This document shows, in pieces, positions 13,164 to 25,040 of a DNA stretch of 64,000 nucleotides. Position 1 is the first letter of the stretch. Every line of letters starts with the position of its first letter. The stretch is from the NCBI RefSeq assembly GCF_006345805.1, contig NC_043005.1, forward strand, positions 99,944,001 through 100,008,000, given 5' to 3'. The notes beneath the pieces are model-generated. The model searched no databases, was not told where the DNA came from, and worked only from the letters and a program-made list of their open reading frames with translations. The position numbers and the translations under genes were made by a program. The DNA is from Octopus sinensis. Taxonomy: Eukaryota.

Positions 13164-14580
13164 TCATTTAAAATATTTTAGAGTCTTCAATTTTGCGTGG
13201 ACACAAAATTGACCTAATTCAATATGGTTATTTAACAAACCCTTATTCTTTCTATGCTTTAGAATTTCATACGTCTCCATGGAGCAGAGTTGGCAACCAA
13301 CCCTATTATTTTTATACGGCATTGCTCTTCTAACTATTTCCCAATTAAGGTTATAATTACTATTATTATTTTTGAGTTCCCAGATCTTATTTGAAAGTGT
13401 GGTGGTACCAGCCTTATGACGTAATTTAAAAGATGGATGTGGTTTCTAACTCTATCCTTAAAATTTACCGTACAACCAATATAAAAAAATTTGTTATTCT
13501 CAGTAGATATGGTACATTTATAGAATACGTTACTTACCCCGCATAGACCAGGTGCCAGGCATTTTGACTTAATTCTACCCTTACACGCAGGAGGATCAAC
13601 TTCAGATGTTGGATTATTCATGGATAGATGTCTCATGTTCCTGTTATTTTGATTATCATGAGTATAATTATCTTTATTATTATTATTATTTTTATAGTTG
13701 GTGCTGTTATCTAAAGCAGTGTTATTATTTATTGATCCTTCTGCTCCATCCTTTAGGTCTAAAGTCCTACCATGATTATTTACATTATTGGTATTGTTAC
13801 TATTATTGCTAGTATTTTTATCTGAATGTATATTGTTGTTATAGATATCACTGATGTTTTCATTCCCTGTATTTTCTCTATTAGCCTTACTTCTATTATT
13901 AACATTATTACTCCTATTACTATCAATATTATTATTACTCCTATTGATATTAATATTATTATTAGTCATTCTGTGGTTACTAATTCTACCCATGTTTTGA
14001 TAGTTACTATTGTTGCGTTTATTGCCATTATTTTTGGTAGTATTATTATAATTGTTATTGGTATTCATGTTGGTATTATTATTTTTATGTTTCCTGGCTA
14101 GCTTAATGTTGTTATTATTAATCTTAGCTATTAAAGTGGACATATTTGGGAGGGTTGAATAAGAAATCCTAACTGTTTTTTTAGAAATAATTCTATGATA
14201 TCTATGAGAGATTGGGAAATTTTTTCTAGAATTACTTTGAATTTGCTCTGTATATCCGATTGAATCACACAGTTGAAAGGAATATTCAGCCAGATTATAT
14301 CTTTCTTATTAAATTTCCTTGAATTAGAATCGGGGTTCGTTGAATTATTATTATTCTCACCAGAGTCATTGTATTTATTACCATTATTTGTATGCTTCTT
14401 TGATTTATCTAATTTGATTTTATCCGAGTTACCTATGCTTTGGTCTATGCTTCTATTTGTATGATTGGGCTTGTACGCTAGATTTGCGGTTACCTTAAAT
14501 CTACTTCTACTTCTATTTCGGGCATGGTCTATATTGCTGCTTACGTGGTTACTGATAACTTCTTTATTAGGATTCTGCTT
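13164..14580 (-). pseudogene. PLE RT-thumb/Asn-rich/GIY-YIG endonuclease reading frame, 5'-truncated, with two single-base frameshifts
   Basis: Manual translation gives ~470 codons with no in-frame stop apart from one missing base at ~14220 (A6 where A7 restores the frame) and one at ~13432. It ends CVHAKLKTLKYFK*. Confidence 0.85.
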
Positions 14581-14650
14581 TTAATGAAATTATCTCCAAT
14601 ACTTCATGAGTGTAGCCTCACCCACTAAGATGTTTGGAGAATTCATATGT

Positions 14651-14744
14651 GTTTTAGCTGATGAGTACGGGACACTTTTATCTGCTGCAATATTTGCAAC
14701 TTTTAATAAAGCCTGTCTTTGTATGAAACAATTGTACTAAAAAC
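14651..14744 (+). ncRNA. Type I hammerhead ribozyme in the inverted 5' PLE repeat
   Basis: gttttag (14651-57), ctgatga (14658-64), gtac...gtat, gaaac (14725-29), aatt, gta (14734-36), ctaaaa. Confidence 0.8.
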
Positions 14745-14785
14745 TAATCCATTCTTGTTGCTTCTTTCTCGTATATATGTGTATA

Positions 14786-14825
<40 letters not shown>

Positions 14826-14848
14826 ATATATATATATATATGTGTGTG

Positions 14849-14899
<51 letters not shown>

Positions 14900-15002
14900 T
14901 GGAGTAAACACATAAATGTGAAACAAGGTGGAAAAAAGAGTACTCAAATACCAGTGGTAGAGTAATATGCTTTATTTTAAGCAGCAGAAAATTCAACAAA
15001 AT

Positions 15003-15040
15003 CTGTTACTCTGAGTTTCTCGTTGCCGTTCATCAGACAG
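15003..15040 (-). ncRNA. Minimal type I hammerhead motif in a second short element (~14915-15180)
   Basis: CTGT CTGATGA ACGGCAACGA GAAAC TCAGA GTA^ ACAG. The stem II closing pair is A/A, so the motif is probably mutated. Confidence 0.65.
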
Positions 15041-16200
15041 TTTTTGCTAGAATGGAACCGATATATCAATTCAATCTAGACTCTTACAAACGCTACACCT
15101 TTAAAAAAATTGGACTTGTTTGATCGGCTCTTCAGAAAAAACGGTCAATCTTCGAGCGATAAACAAAAAGGTCAAAAATATATGTATATATATATATAAA
15201 AACTTATAAAAATTATAAAATTCGAGGAAAAAACCTTACATTGAATAAAATACATATTGACATTAATGAGGAAAGTATAATTAAAGCATAGAAATTAAAC
15301 CTATTATAAATATTACACTGCAATACATATTATTATAAAAGTGTACATATATATATATCAACATACACAGAAGGATGCGTGCAAACGCCATACATATACA
15401 GACGTATAAATATAAATCTAAAATATACACATAAATGCATGCGTACATATATTTACGCAATCCATCTCGCACGCAAGTTAAAATAATCTATGTAAAATAA
15501 TCTATGTTAATTTTTTTTACCTGTTGTCATAAAATTACTGCTGCCTAGGTAAGATGAATACAGCGACGTTGACAAAATGGAAGTGTTTTCACCTTTTATT
15601 ATCAAAAATATCGATTACTGGGCACCAACTCCAAATTAAAATCTTTAATAATTAATTAATAATAACTAAATCATTAATAAATAATGTCACCAAATTATTA
15701 CGGTATTAATTGCCATTAAGTTAAAAAATGAAAGGAACTCCAAAGAAAATTTCTTTTAAAAGCACAAAAAAGATAAACATGGTGCGTTAACAGGAAACCT
15801 TTTGATAGAAGGTTTTTTTCTTCTAAAATGAGGACAGATTTTGTTTCTCCCACAGAAAGTGCTTAATTTCAATTTTGAATCCCTAAACAACATTATTTGA
15901 ACCCTGGTTTTCTGTGATTTGGGATTTAATGACAGCAGCAGGTGTTTGTGGTATAGGACTTTTAGAGTTAAGAAGAATGAAATGTGGAAAATAATCAAGA
16001 TATATATCAGAATAAACGTACATGTTGTATATATTCTTTACCTGGATATGTATCCATGTTTTGTGTGCAAATGTACATAAAAAAATTATATACACAAGGA
16101 GAATATTCAATATATTCTCCAACTGAAAAACAATTTTGTTATAATGCACATTATTTTAATGATGTGCTGAGAATTGGATTTAAAGAGAAACTAATATCTA

Positions 16201-16247
16201 TATGTGTGTGTGTGTGTATGTGTGTCTATGTGTATGTGTGTGTGTCA

Positions 16248-16278
<31 letters not shown>

Positions 16279-16362
16279 TGTATGTATGTATGTATGTATG
16301 TATGTATTATGTATGTATGTATGTATGTATGTATGTATGTATGTATGTATGTATGTATGTAT
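16201..16362. repeat. (TG)n/(TATG)n microsatellite
   Basis: Directly visible. Confidence 0.95.
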
Positions 16363-17107
16363 ACACTAGAAAGAAACCAGAAAAATAGTAAAACCATGAA
16401 AATGGCAAAACTAGGAATACAAAAATCATCTAATTTAATGTAACTTTTAGTATGAATGTAGTGTCCAACATAGCTAGAAAAATCTGAATGTAGATAAAAA
16501 AATATTTCCCCATCAACCATAAGTACCACAAGCTGTTTAAAAAGCAGCTTAAAAGTTAGCAATATTTGTGTGAGAAAAAACATTGACTCACAGATAGCTC
16601 AGGGTGATAAGACTAACGTCACACTTTGAAGCAAATCACATTATTCACCAAAATGTAACTTCACAATAAAATACCCAGTTCATTCAAAAGCAAGCATTGC
16701 ACAAAAAGTTCTATTATACCAAATGAAAGTATAATCCAAAGATGGTATCAGCAAGGATTATATTGGGTACACAGAATATATACTGAAAGGGACCTGTGTG
16801 CAATATAGTTTCTGTTTCAGTAACAAAAAAGAAAGTAGATAAAGAAATTCTACTTCACCCTCTCAGTATATCTGGAGACTGAAAGAGAAAGAGAATAGAA
16901 GTGATAACTCAGTAAACAAGTCGAGAATTGAAATCATAAATCTTAGGTTAAAGGATCAAAAAAATGCCTGCACTTGATCCCAGATACCTGCAAGAATTAC
17001 AAGAACTGCCTAACTCTCTCTGCAACAACATCTGATTATAACAGTAATATCCACTAATCAGTAAGACATAATTAACAATTGATCAATAAATACTTGCCAT
17101 TACATTT

Positions 17108-17600
17108 TTAACCAACCAAAGATGAACTATTTTGTTGCACAATTCGTCTCCATCTTTCCTTTAACTTGAAAATACCCTCTTTCCAGAATTGAGGTGATTT
17201 CATGGCAAAGAATTTATCAGGGTATATTTTTATGTCATCCAAGGAATTGAAATTTTTACCATTAAGACTATTCTGCACAGAACTTAATAAGTGGAAATCT
17301 GAGGGAGCAATATCTGATGAATATGGAGGGTGGGGTAACACATCCCAGCTGAGCTGCAGCAATTTTTGTCTGGTTCCCAAAGCATCAAGTACTGGAAATG
17401 AACTTTCTTATCTTCCATTTTAAAGGGTTACCGAATTAACACAGGTTATTGGAACAAACCTTCTTCCACGAAAAGATAGCTTAAACTGTGCTCTAAATGG
17501 AGGTGTAGTCAAATCCTATTTTATGGACTCAACCATGTTCTAAAAAAGTCAAAAGCTAATCTACTATAAATCAGCACGAACTTTCTGGACAATCCACTAT
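17108..17600 (-). mobile_element. Internally deleted mariner element (transposase C-terminus plus one TIR)
   Basis: WDVLPHPPYSSDIAPSDFHLL...FWKEGIFKLKERWRRIV, and a mariner-like TIR tagtggattgtccagaaagttcgtgctgattt at ~17568-17599. Confidence 0.85.
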
Positions 17601-17742
17601 AATAGAGTTTATTTTATAAATATTGAATGGGTACGAGGGTCCAGTACAAGGGTAAAATTAGAATCCAAGGGGTTTGCAGGCAAAATGTGGTTGAGAAACA
17701 CTGCCTTAAAATATGATCTCAGTAAAAGAGGTAATCTATATA

Positions 17743-18003
17743 CAGTAATCTCTTGCCATATCACGGTTCACTTATCACAGTTCCCCTATCGTGGCTCACC
17801 TATCGCAGTTCACCTATCATGATTTATTATTTAAGCTTATGTCGATACCTCCGTGGTGTTGTTTTGCATTTATAATAAAATAAATATATACAAATTATAA
17901 ACATTTTTTAAATATACAGTAGAGTACTGCTTCTACTTTGAGGATTTTCACCTATCGTGGAAGGTCTTGGGTTGTAACACCCATGATAGTCAAGGAATTA
18001 CTG
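17743..18003. mobile_element. Tigger/pogo-like MITE; second copy in opposite orientation at 25649-25871
   Basis: TIRs cagtaatctcttgccatatc / gatagtcaaggaattactg, TA flanks, and internal sequence shared with 25649-25871. Confidence 0.8.
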
Positions 18004-18888
18004 TATAAGGGGCTCATAATCATGATCATGTTCGTCATCATCAGCAGCAGCAGCAGCTGGTCAGGAATTTGGACCTGGAGATCTCCATTTCCAGCGACTT
18101 CGAGGGTCACCTCCCAGTGGTGTTGGGCGTCAACGAAGAGCCCTCGACTACAACAAGATGACTAAAGTCTTTTTTTTTCCAAGGTCTGGGGTCTCCCGCC
18201 CCTAAGCCCTAGACCATCACCTAATCACGCTTACCCGTCTTGTTGCTTAACAACAACAACAATTGGCATCATCATCATCATCATCATTTCATGTTCCCTC
18301 TCCATTCTGGTATGAGTAGGATAGTTTGTCATAGTTGGGGTCAGTACATATTTGGTGGCTACTAATTACCTAGAAGAGTTTCAGGTATGGATGAAAGAAT
18401 GCAATGAACAGTGAAAAAACGATGAGCAATAATAAAACATAAGTGAGAGAGTGCATGCAACATGCAATGGACTGAAGAAATACTGGTTTTCAAATTTTGG
18501 CACAAGGCCAGCAACTTTAGGGTGGGGAGGTAAGTTGATTACATCGACCTTCAGTAATCAACTGATACTTATTTTATCGACTCTGAAGGAATTAAAGATA
18601 AAGCTGACCTCAGTGGAATTTAAACTCAGATTGCAAAGACTGACAAAATGCTGCTAAGCATTTTGCCTGGTATGCATATGATTCTGCCAGTTCACCCTCT
18701 TGAACAGAAGAAATATTCTCGGCCATCTTTAATCACACTGACAACATAGTACAGTGAGACTGATAACAATATTAAGGAAGGATTGAAAGATGAACCGTAG
18801 GAACCTGGGTGTGGGAAGCAAGGGAAATAAAGACAGGGGCAAAAGAAACATGGGTGACGTTGATATATGATGAATAAACAGATGTATT

Positions 18889-19353
18889 GATCAGCGAAGG
18901 CTGGAGGTGTTCGATAATGACTGTCTCCGTTGCATTCTTCGCTGCCAACACATTGATCGGGTCCCTACAACTGGTCTTCGTCATCACCTGAATCTCCGGC
19001 CCCTCCCTCCCTTTGGTGCTTCTACAGCAGCGCTTAGGGTGGTTCAGTCATGCGGCCCCGCGTCCAGAGGGTGAGCTGATTCATGATGTCCTCTTCTCAC
19101 CTCCACTTCCTAGCTGGCGCAAACACATGGCGGGCAGCTGGAGACCTGGGCAAAGACGATAAAGGAGGACCTCTCCGAACTCTCAGGTCCGCAGGTGGTC
19201 AGTCTGCATAGATGGAACCACAAGTGGCTCGCTATCTCCAGTGACCTCGCACAGGACTGTCGGGCATGGGCCACCATGGTTCATGATGCCATCAGGACCA
19301 GAGAAGAAGCCGGCTCAAGCCGCCCTGGGTGAACGCTGTCACAAGCAAGAAAG
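18889..19353 (+). mobile_element. RTE-type LINE 3' fragment (third family), frameshifted
   Basis: RRLEVFDNDCLRCIL...QRLGWFSHAA...TWAKTIKEDL...LAQDCRAW...*, followed by a caagcaag tail. Confidence 0.8.
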
Positions 19354-19798
19354 CATGTATCATATGGGTATGTGAAGTAAGAGATGAGAAAAAGAAAGGG
19401 AGTAACTAGTGTTGGGGCTGGTGATATGTGTGTCAGAGGGGTTACTGATTATCAAAGGGGGTCAGTGATGTAGAGATGACAGTAGGCAGATATGTAAGCA
19501 TGCATATATATCTGATGTAATGTATATATATATATATATATATAAAACATAATTTTAGTGTCCATTTTGCCATCCCTTAATAGCTCATGGTGTGAGACTT
19601 ACTCCATACAATGCGCTGCCAGTCAATGTGGTCTTCTGTTATCTCCTCAATGAAGTGTAAAAGCGTCATCCCTGGAAATGCTTTATTTTTTTATTTTTCT
19701 TCTGTGATGGCTTTTGTTTCAGCAATACTGAGGTAACTTTGACAGAAATTAAGAAGCTTTTATAAATGTATATGTATATGTGTATATGTATATCTATC

Positions 19799-19830
<32 letters not shown>

Positions 19831-19921
19831 AATTTGAGGGAATATTATTCCAAACTTACAGGGAAAAATTCAATTTAGAAACAATAAATCAAATTTCACA
19901 AAATATAATATATATATATAA

Positions 19922-20202
19922 ATTAGAAAAAACTACCTTTTATCAATTCAAAATGAAAAATTAAATTACACCATCTAGAAAATTACATATAATAGAAATA
20001 TTAAATATAAAATAAAAAAATATACCAATGATTAAGTAATGTGCAAAATAATAAATAAAAAATATTCGTTTATTATTTTGCACATTACTTAATCATTGGT
20101 ATATCTTTTTATTTTATATTTAATATTTCTATTATATGTAATTTTCTAGATGGTGTAATTTAATTATTCATTTTGAATTGATAAAAGGTATTTTTTTCTA
20201 AT
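19922..20202. repeat. Fold-back inverted repeat, 134-bp arms, 13-nt loop
   Basis: Arms 19922-20055 and 20069-20202 are reverse complements with about three mismatches. Confidence 0.92.
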
Positions 20203-21657
20203 ATGTATATATATATATATATAGATATATATAGAGAGAGCATGTGTTTAAAAACATTAATTGAAAGAGCTCACACACAAGATAAAAACTTCTTCCCAAA
20301 AATGGTTAGTAATATCCTGATTAAAGATTTCATTACATTTTGTAAAATCATAATTCTTTTAAACAAATCACCTTTACACTTTAAAAATGTATTAAGTAAT
20401 TCACATAGATTTGAAATGTACATATATATATACACATATATCATCATCATCATCGTTTAGAATCTGCCTTCCATGCTGGTGTGGGTGGGATGGCTTGACA
20501 AGAGCTGGCCAGGCAGAATCTTGTACCAGACTTCTGTGACTACTTTGGCTGTTTAATAATGGAAGGCAAGGTTTACAATATTGGAAGAATATCGTTTCCT
20601 TCCATCATTCCCTTTGTTCTTTATGTAGTTCAGGCTTCCGGCAGGCGAAGAGAAAGTACTTCAAGTACAACTGCTATTTACATCTGGTTTATTTACAGGA
20701 AAGGTGAAGTGTGCTGCTCTCAGCTACCATCTTAAGCTCCGTTAGTGTGAGTGCATTGCCTCTGGAGATAGACAGGCAGAAAACCACAGCCAGTGGTGTT
20801 ATTCAGTGCTGCTGTGTAATGGCACTGAAGAAGAGGAATTTGAAGAGGGTTTTCCCTTTATATAGTTTTCTCCAAGAGTTTGTTGTGATCTCACGCATGG
20901 CAAATGGATGCAGGTGAGGTCTCACTCCAGTCTCAGAGATGGCAATGGCTGCCATGAGATCTCATCCAATATGACACTGGCTGCTTGTGTTGCTACAGGT
21001 GGATGCTCTTCCTAACACCAACCACCCAGCAGAGTAAACTTAGTGCTTTTTACATGGCACAAGCACAGGTGAGGTTAGTTTTGTCAAGGTTCTTACAGGT
21101 GGATGCCCTTCCAAACACCAACCACTTTATAGTGTGGACTGGGTGCTTTTTAAGTGGCACCTGCACAGACAGGGTCACCAAGTAACTTGCAAGACAAAAA
21201 TCTTTTGAGAGGGGAGGGGGAGTTGGAGGAGGTGATCTTGCGTCAGATGAGATGAAGGGTTATAGTGAGACAGAAAGACAGAAACAGGTGTGTTGCTGTA
21301 GAAGAGGTATATATATACAACAACTTCTTAGTTTCTGTCCACCAAATCCACTCATAAGGCTTTGGTTACTTGTCCAAGATGCTATACATTAGGATAAAAC
21401 CTAGAACCAAGGGATTTGTAATCAAACTTAACCACACAGCCATGTTTTGAAACTTACTCTTTTACTTGTTTCAGTCATTTGACTGTGGCCATGCTGGAGC
21501 ACTGCCTTTAGTTGAGCAAATTAACTCCAGGACTTATTCTTTGTAAGCCTAGTGCTTATTCTATTGGTCTCTTTTGCCGAACCGCTAAGTTACAGGGACG
21601 TAAACACACCAGCATCAGTTGTCAAGCGATGCTGGGGGGACAAACACAGACACACAA

Positions 21658-21659
<2 letters not shown>

Positions 21660-21731
<72 letters not shown>

Positions 21732-22026
21732 TTATATATATATACATATATAAATATATATATATAATATATATATATACATATACAATATATATATACA
21801 ATATATATATACATATACATACATATACATATATACATATACATATATATATATACATATACATACATATACATATATACATATATACATATACATATAC
21901 ACATATACATATATATATATATACATATACATATATATATATACATATACATATATATATATACATATACATATATATATATATACATATATATATATAC
22001 ATATACATATATATATATACATATAC

Positions 22027-22066
<40 letters not shown>

Positions 22067-22197
22067 CATATATATATATATACATATACATATATATATA
22101 TATACATATATATTACATATACATATATATATATACATATAATATATATATATATATACATATTATATATACATATACATATATATATATACAATAC

Positions 22198-22230
<33 letters not shown>

Positions 22231-22314
22231 CATCTATATATATATTACATATACATATATATATTATATACATATATATATAATACATATACATATATAT
22301 ATTATATACATATA

Positions 22315-22346
<32 letters not shown>

Positions 22347-22693
22347 CATATATAATATATATACATATACATCATCATCATCATCATCGTTTAACGTCCG
22401 TTTTCTGCGCTAGCACGGGTGGGACGGTTCGACTGGGGTCTGGGGAGCCAGGGGCTGCCCCAGGCTCCAGTCTGATCTGGCAGTGTTTCTACAGCTGGAT
22501 GCCCTTCCTAACGCCAACCACTCCGCGAGTGTAGTGGGTGCTTTTTACATGCCACCTGCACAGGTGCCAGAGGGGTCTGGCATCGGCCACGATCAGTTGG
22601 TACTTTTTTTTTTTTTTGTGCTACCAGCACAGAAGCCAGTCAAGGCGGTGCTGGCATCGCTTTGACGGCTTCTGTGCCGATACATATACATAT

Positions 22694-22740
<47 letters not shown>

Positions 22741-22864
22741 CATATACATATACATATATATATATACATATACGTATATATATATACATATACATATATA
22801 TATACATATACATATACATATATACATATACATATATACATATACATATACATATATATTATAC

Positions 22865-22896
<32 letters not shown>

Positions 22897-23080
22897 ATAC
22901 ATATACATATACATTATACATATATATATATAATATACATATACATATATATATACATATATATTACATATATATATATATATATATACATATATTATAT
23001 ACATATATATATATATACATATATATATATACATATACATATATATATACATATATATATATACAATATATATATACATA

Positions 23081-23111
<31 letters not shown>

Positions 23112-23290
23112 CTTATATATATATATATACTTATATATATATATACATATATATTATACATATATATATACATATATATATATATAACATATATATATAT
23201 ATAACATATATATATACATATTATATACATATACATATATATATACATATATATATATAATATATATATATATACATACATACATATACA
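21660..23290. repeat. ~1.6-kb (TA)/(TACA)-type microsatellite inside a family-B SINE, interrupted by an RTE 3' UTR fragment (22375-22680)
   Basis: Directly visible. The SINE tail is at 21460-21660 and its head at 23290-23450. Confidence 0.9.
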
Positions 23291-24386
23291 TATTACGACG
23301 GGCTTCTTTTAGTTTCCATCTACCAAATCCACTCACAAGGCTTTGGGCAAGTAGAAGAAACTTGCCCAAGGTGCCAAGCAGTGGGACTGAACCCAGAACC
23401 ATGTCGTTGGTAAGCAAGCTACTTACCACAGAGCCACTCCTGTGCCTATAACTTATTAGCAAGATGAGAAATATTAAAATTAATGGTAAAGTCTATCATG
23501 GAATTCACAGGATAAATGACACATTCTATGCATTCAACAATTATAGCATATTTAGAGTGTCGAAAATATCTTAGTTTTTTTGCTTTTTTCTCTCTCAATA
23601 TTTATGTTAAAGTCTAGCATGAGCAAGAAATAAAAGTTGGGGAAAAATAAAAGAAAAGTTAAAAGAACAGCAGAGGATGCTAACTTGGGTGACATGAAGA
23701 AGCAAAAGACATTCGTAAGAGAATCGGTTAAAAACTAAGCAACTGAAGTACTTCAGTGTTTACACAATGACATTGAGCTAACGAGATAATTTCATTTACT
23801 AATAAGATTCATCCTAAGATGTTTACTGAATATTCTACTTCTTAACTTAATTGGTTTCTTGTTATAATTGTTTTACTGACAGGATGTGTGGGTGAGAGGA
23901 GATTAGTAGAGATGTGGTAGGAGGCTGGAGAGGAGAGGAGAGTGGGGAGAAGCAATTGGACAAAAGACTAAATGTGATGACATTTAGTTTCAGCAATAAA
24001 AACAATTAACAGCAGTGATTTCATTATGTAAGTGATTGATGGATTGGAAGATGCAGTGGAGTTGTTGAAATCCTGTTGCTATGTGCTTTGATTTCAAACC
24101 TTGCAGGTGCTGATTTTCTCTTTTATGGTAGAATTTGAACTCAGAACATGCAGACTGACAAAATACCACTAAGCATTTCACTCAGCTTGCTAACAATTCT
24201 GCCAGCTTGCCACCTTAATAATAATAATAACAACAGTGAAGAAGAAGAAGAAGAAGAAGAAGAAGAAGAAGAAGAAGAAGAAGAAGAAGAAGAAGAAGAA
24301 GAAGAAGAAGAAGAAAAAGAAGAAGAAGAAGAAGAAGAAGAAGAAGAAGAAGAAGAAGAAGAAGAAGAAGAAGAAGAAGAAGAAGA

Positions 24387-24700
24387 AATAGAGGTAACCA
24401 GAATGTGGAATCTAAAAACAGAAACAATTCCTATCATAGTAGGTGCATTAGGTATGATAAAAGAATATTCAGACAAATACATAACAAAAACACCAGGACT
24501 TACAAATACATATAACATACAGAAAGTTGCACTACTGGGCACTGCACACATCCTATGCAAAACACTTTCAATACAGTAACCATCAGAGCATCACAACAAA
24601 TCACAGCACATACCCAAGACACACAGAGCTGCGCTCGGTAGTGAAGTGAAAGCACGCTATAAAAATAAAACTACTGAATAATAATAATAATAATCAAAAT
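24387..24700 (+). mobile_element. 3' end of an RLE-type (R4/Dong/NeSL-like) non-LTR retrotransposon
   Basis: IEVTRMWNLKTETIPIIVGALG...IQKVALLGTAHIL*, then a 3' UTR ending in (AAT)n. Confidence 0.85.
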
Positions 24701-24721
24701 AATAAATAAATAAATAAAAGC

Positions 24722-25040
24722 TAATAAACTGGATATTATAAAAGATCAGACAAAAAAGGTGTGTTTATTAATTAATATGAGTATTCCTTGCGATCACAAT
24801 ATAGTGGCAAAAGAATTTGACAAGATCAGTAAATATAAAGACTTGCTAATAGAAATTGAAAAAATGTGACATCTCAAGGCGACTACAATACCAGTGATTG
24901 TAGGAGCTCTAGCAATGAGAAAAAAAAGGTACTGAAACCTATTTGAAAATGATACCAGGCTTACCATCCCTACAGGAAGTGCAAAAAATTGTGTTAACTG
25001 GAATGACTCATGTATTGAGAAGAGCATTATCGCTGTGAAA
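24722..25040 (+). mobile_element. Second RLE-domain fragment of the same clade
   Basis: DIIIKDQTKKVCLLINMSIPCD...KISKYKDLLIEI...IPVIVGAL (PD..D/E-K-like endonuclease). Confidence 0.8.

Larger units (their letters stand above)
11726..14770 (-). mobile_element. 5'-truncated Penelope-like retroelement with inverted pseudo-LTR arrangement
   Basis: RT C-terminal motifs IIWLNIPFN...NFPISHRYHRIISKKTVRISYSTLPNM and a GIY-YIG domain FYKC...FFYIGCT-NFKDRVRNH...CQLC...CVH. Near-identical ~205-bp inverted repeats at 11726-11933 and 14571-14770. Confidence 0.9.

Noticed and set aside
15521-15560. Minus-strand CTTACCTAGGCAG resembling the U1 snRNA 5' end
   Set aside because: The match is only ~12 nt and no U1 stem-loops or Sm site follow.
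16940-16988. Minus-strand cttgcag|G TAT CTG GGA (RYLGSS...) as the next AGBL4 exon
   Set aside because: The phase fits, but the frame stops after 12 codons and lacks YTLEVS.
21512-23281. Long ORFs rich in YI/HT/CV repeats, also at ~14703-14999, 16204, 37291 and 43875
   Set aside because: Translations of TA/CA microsatellites.
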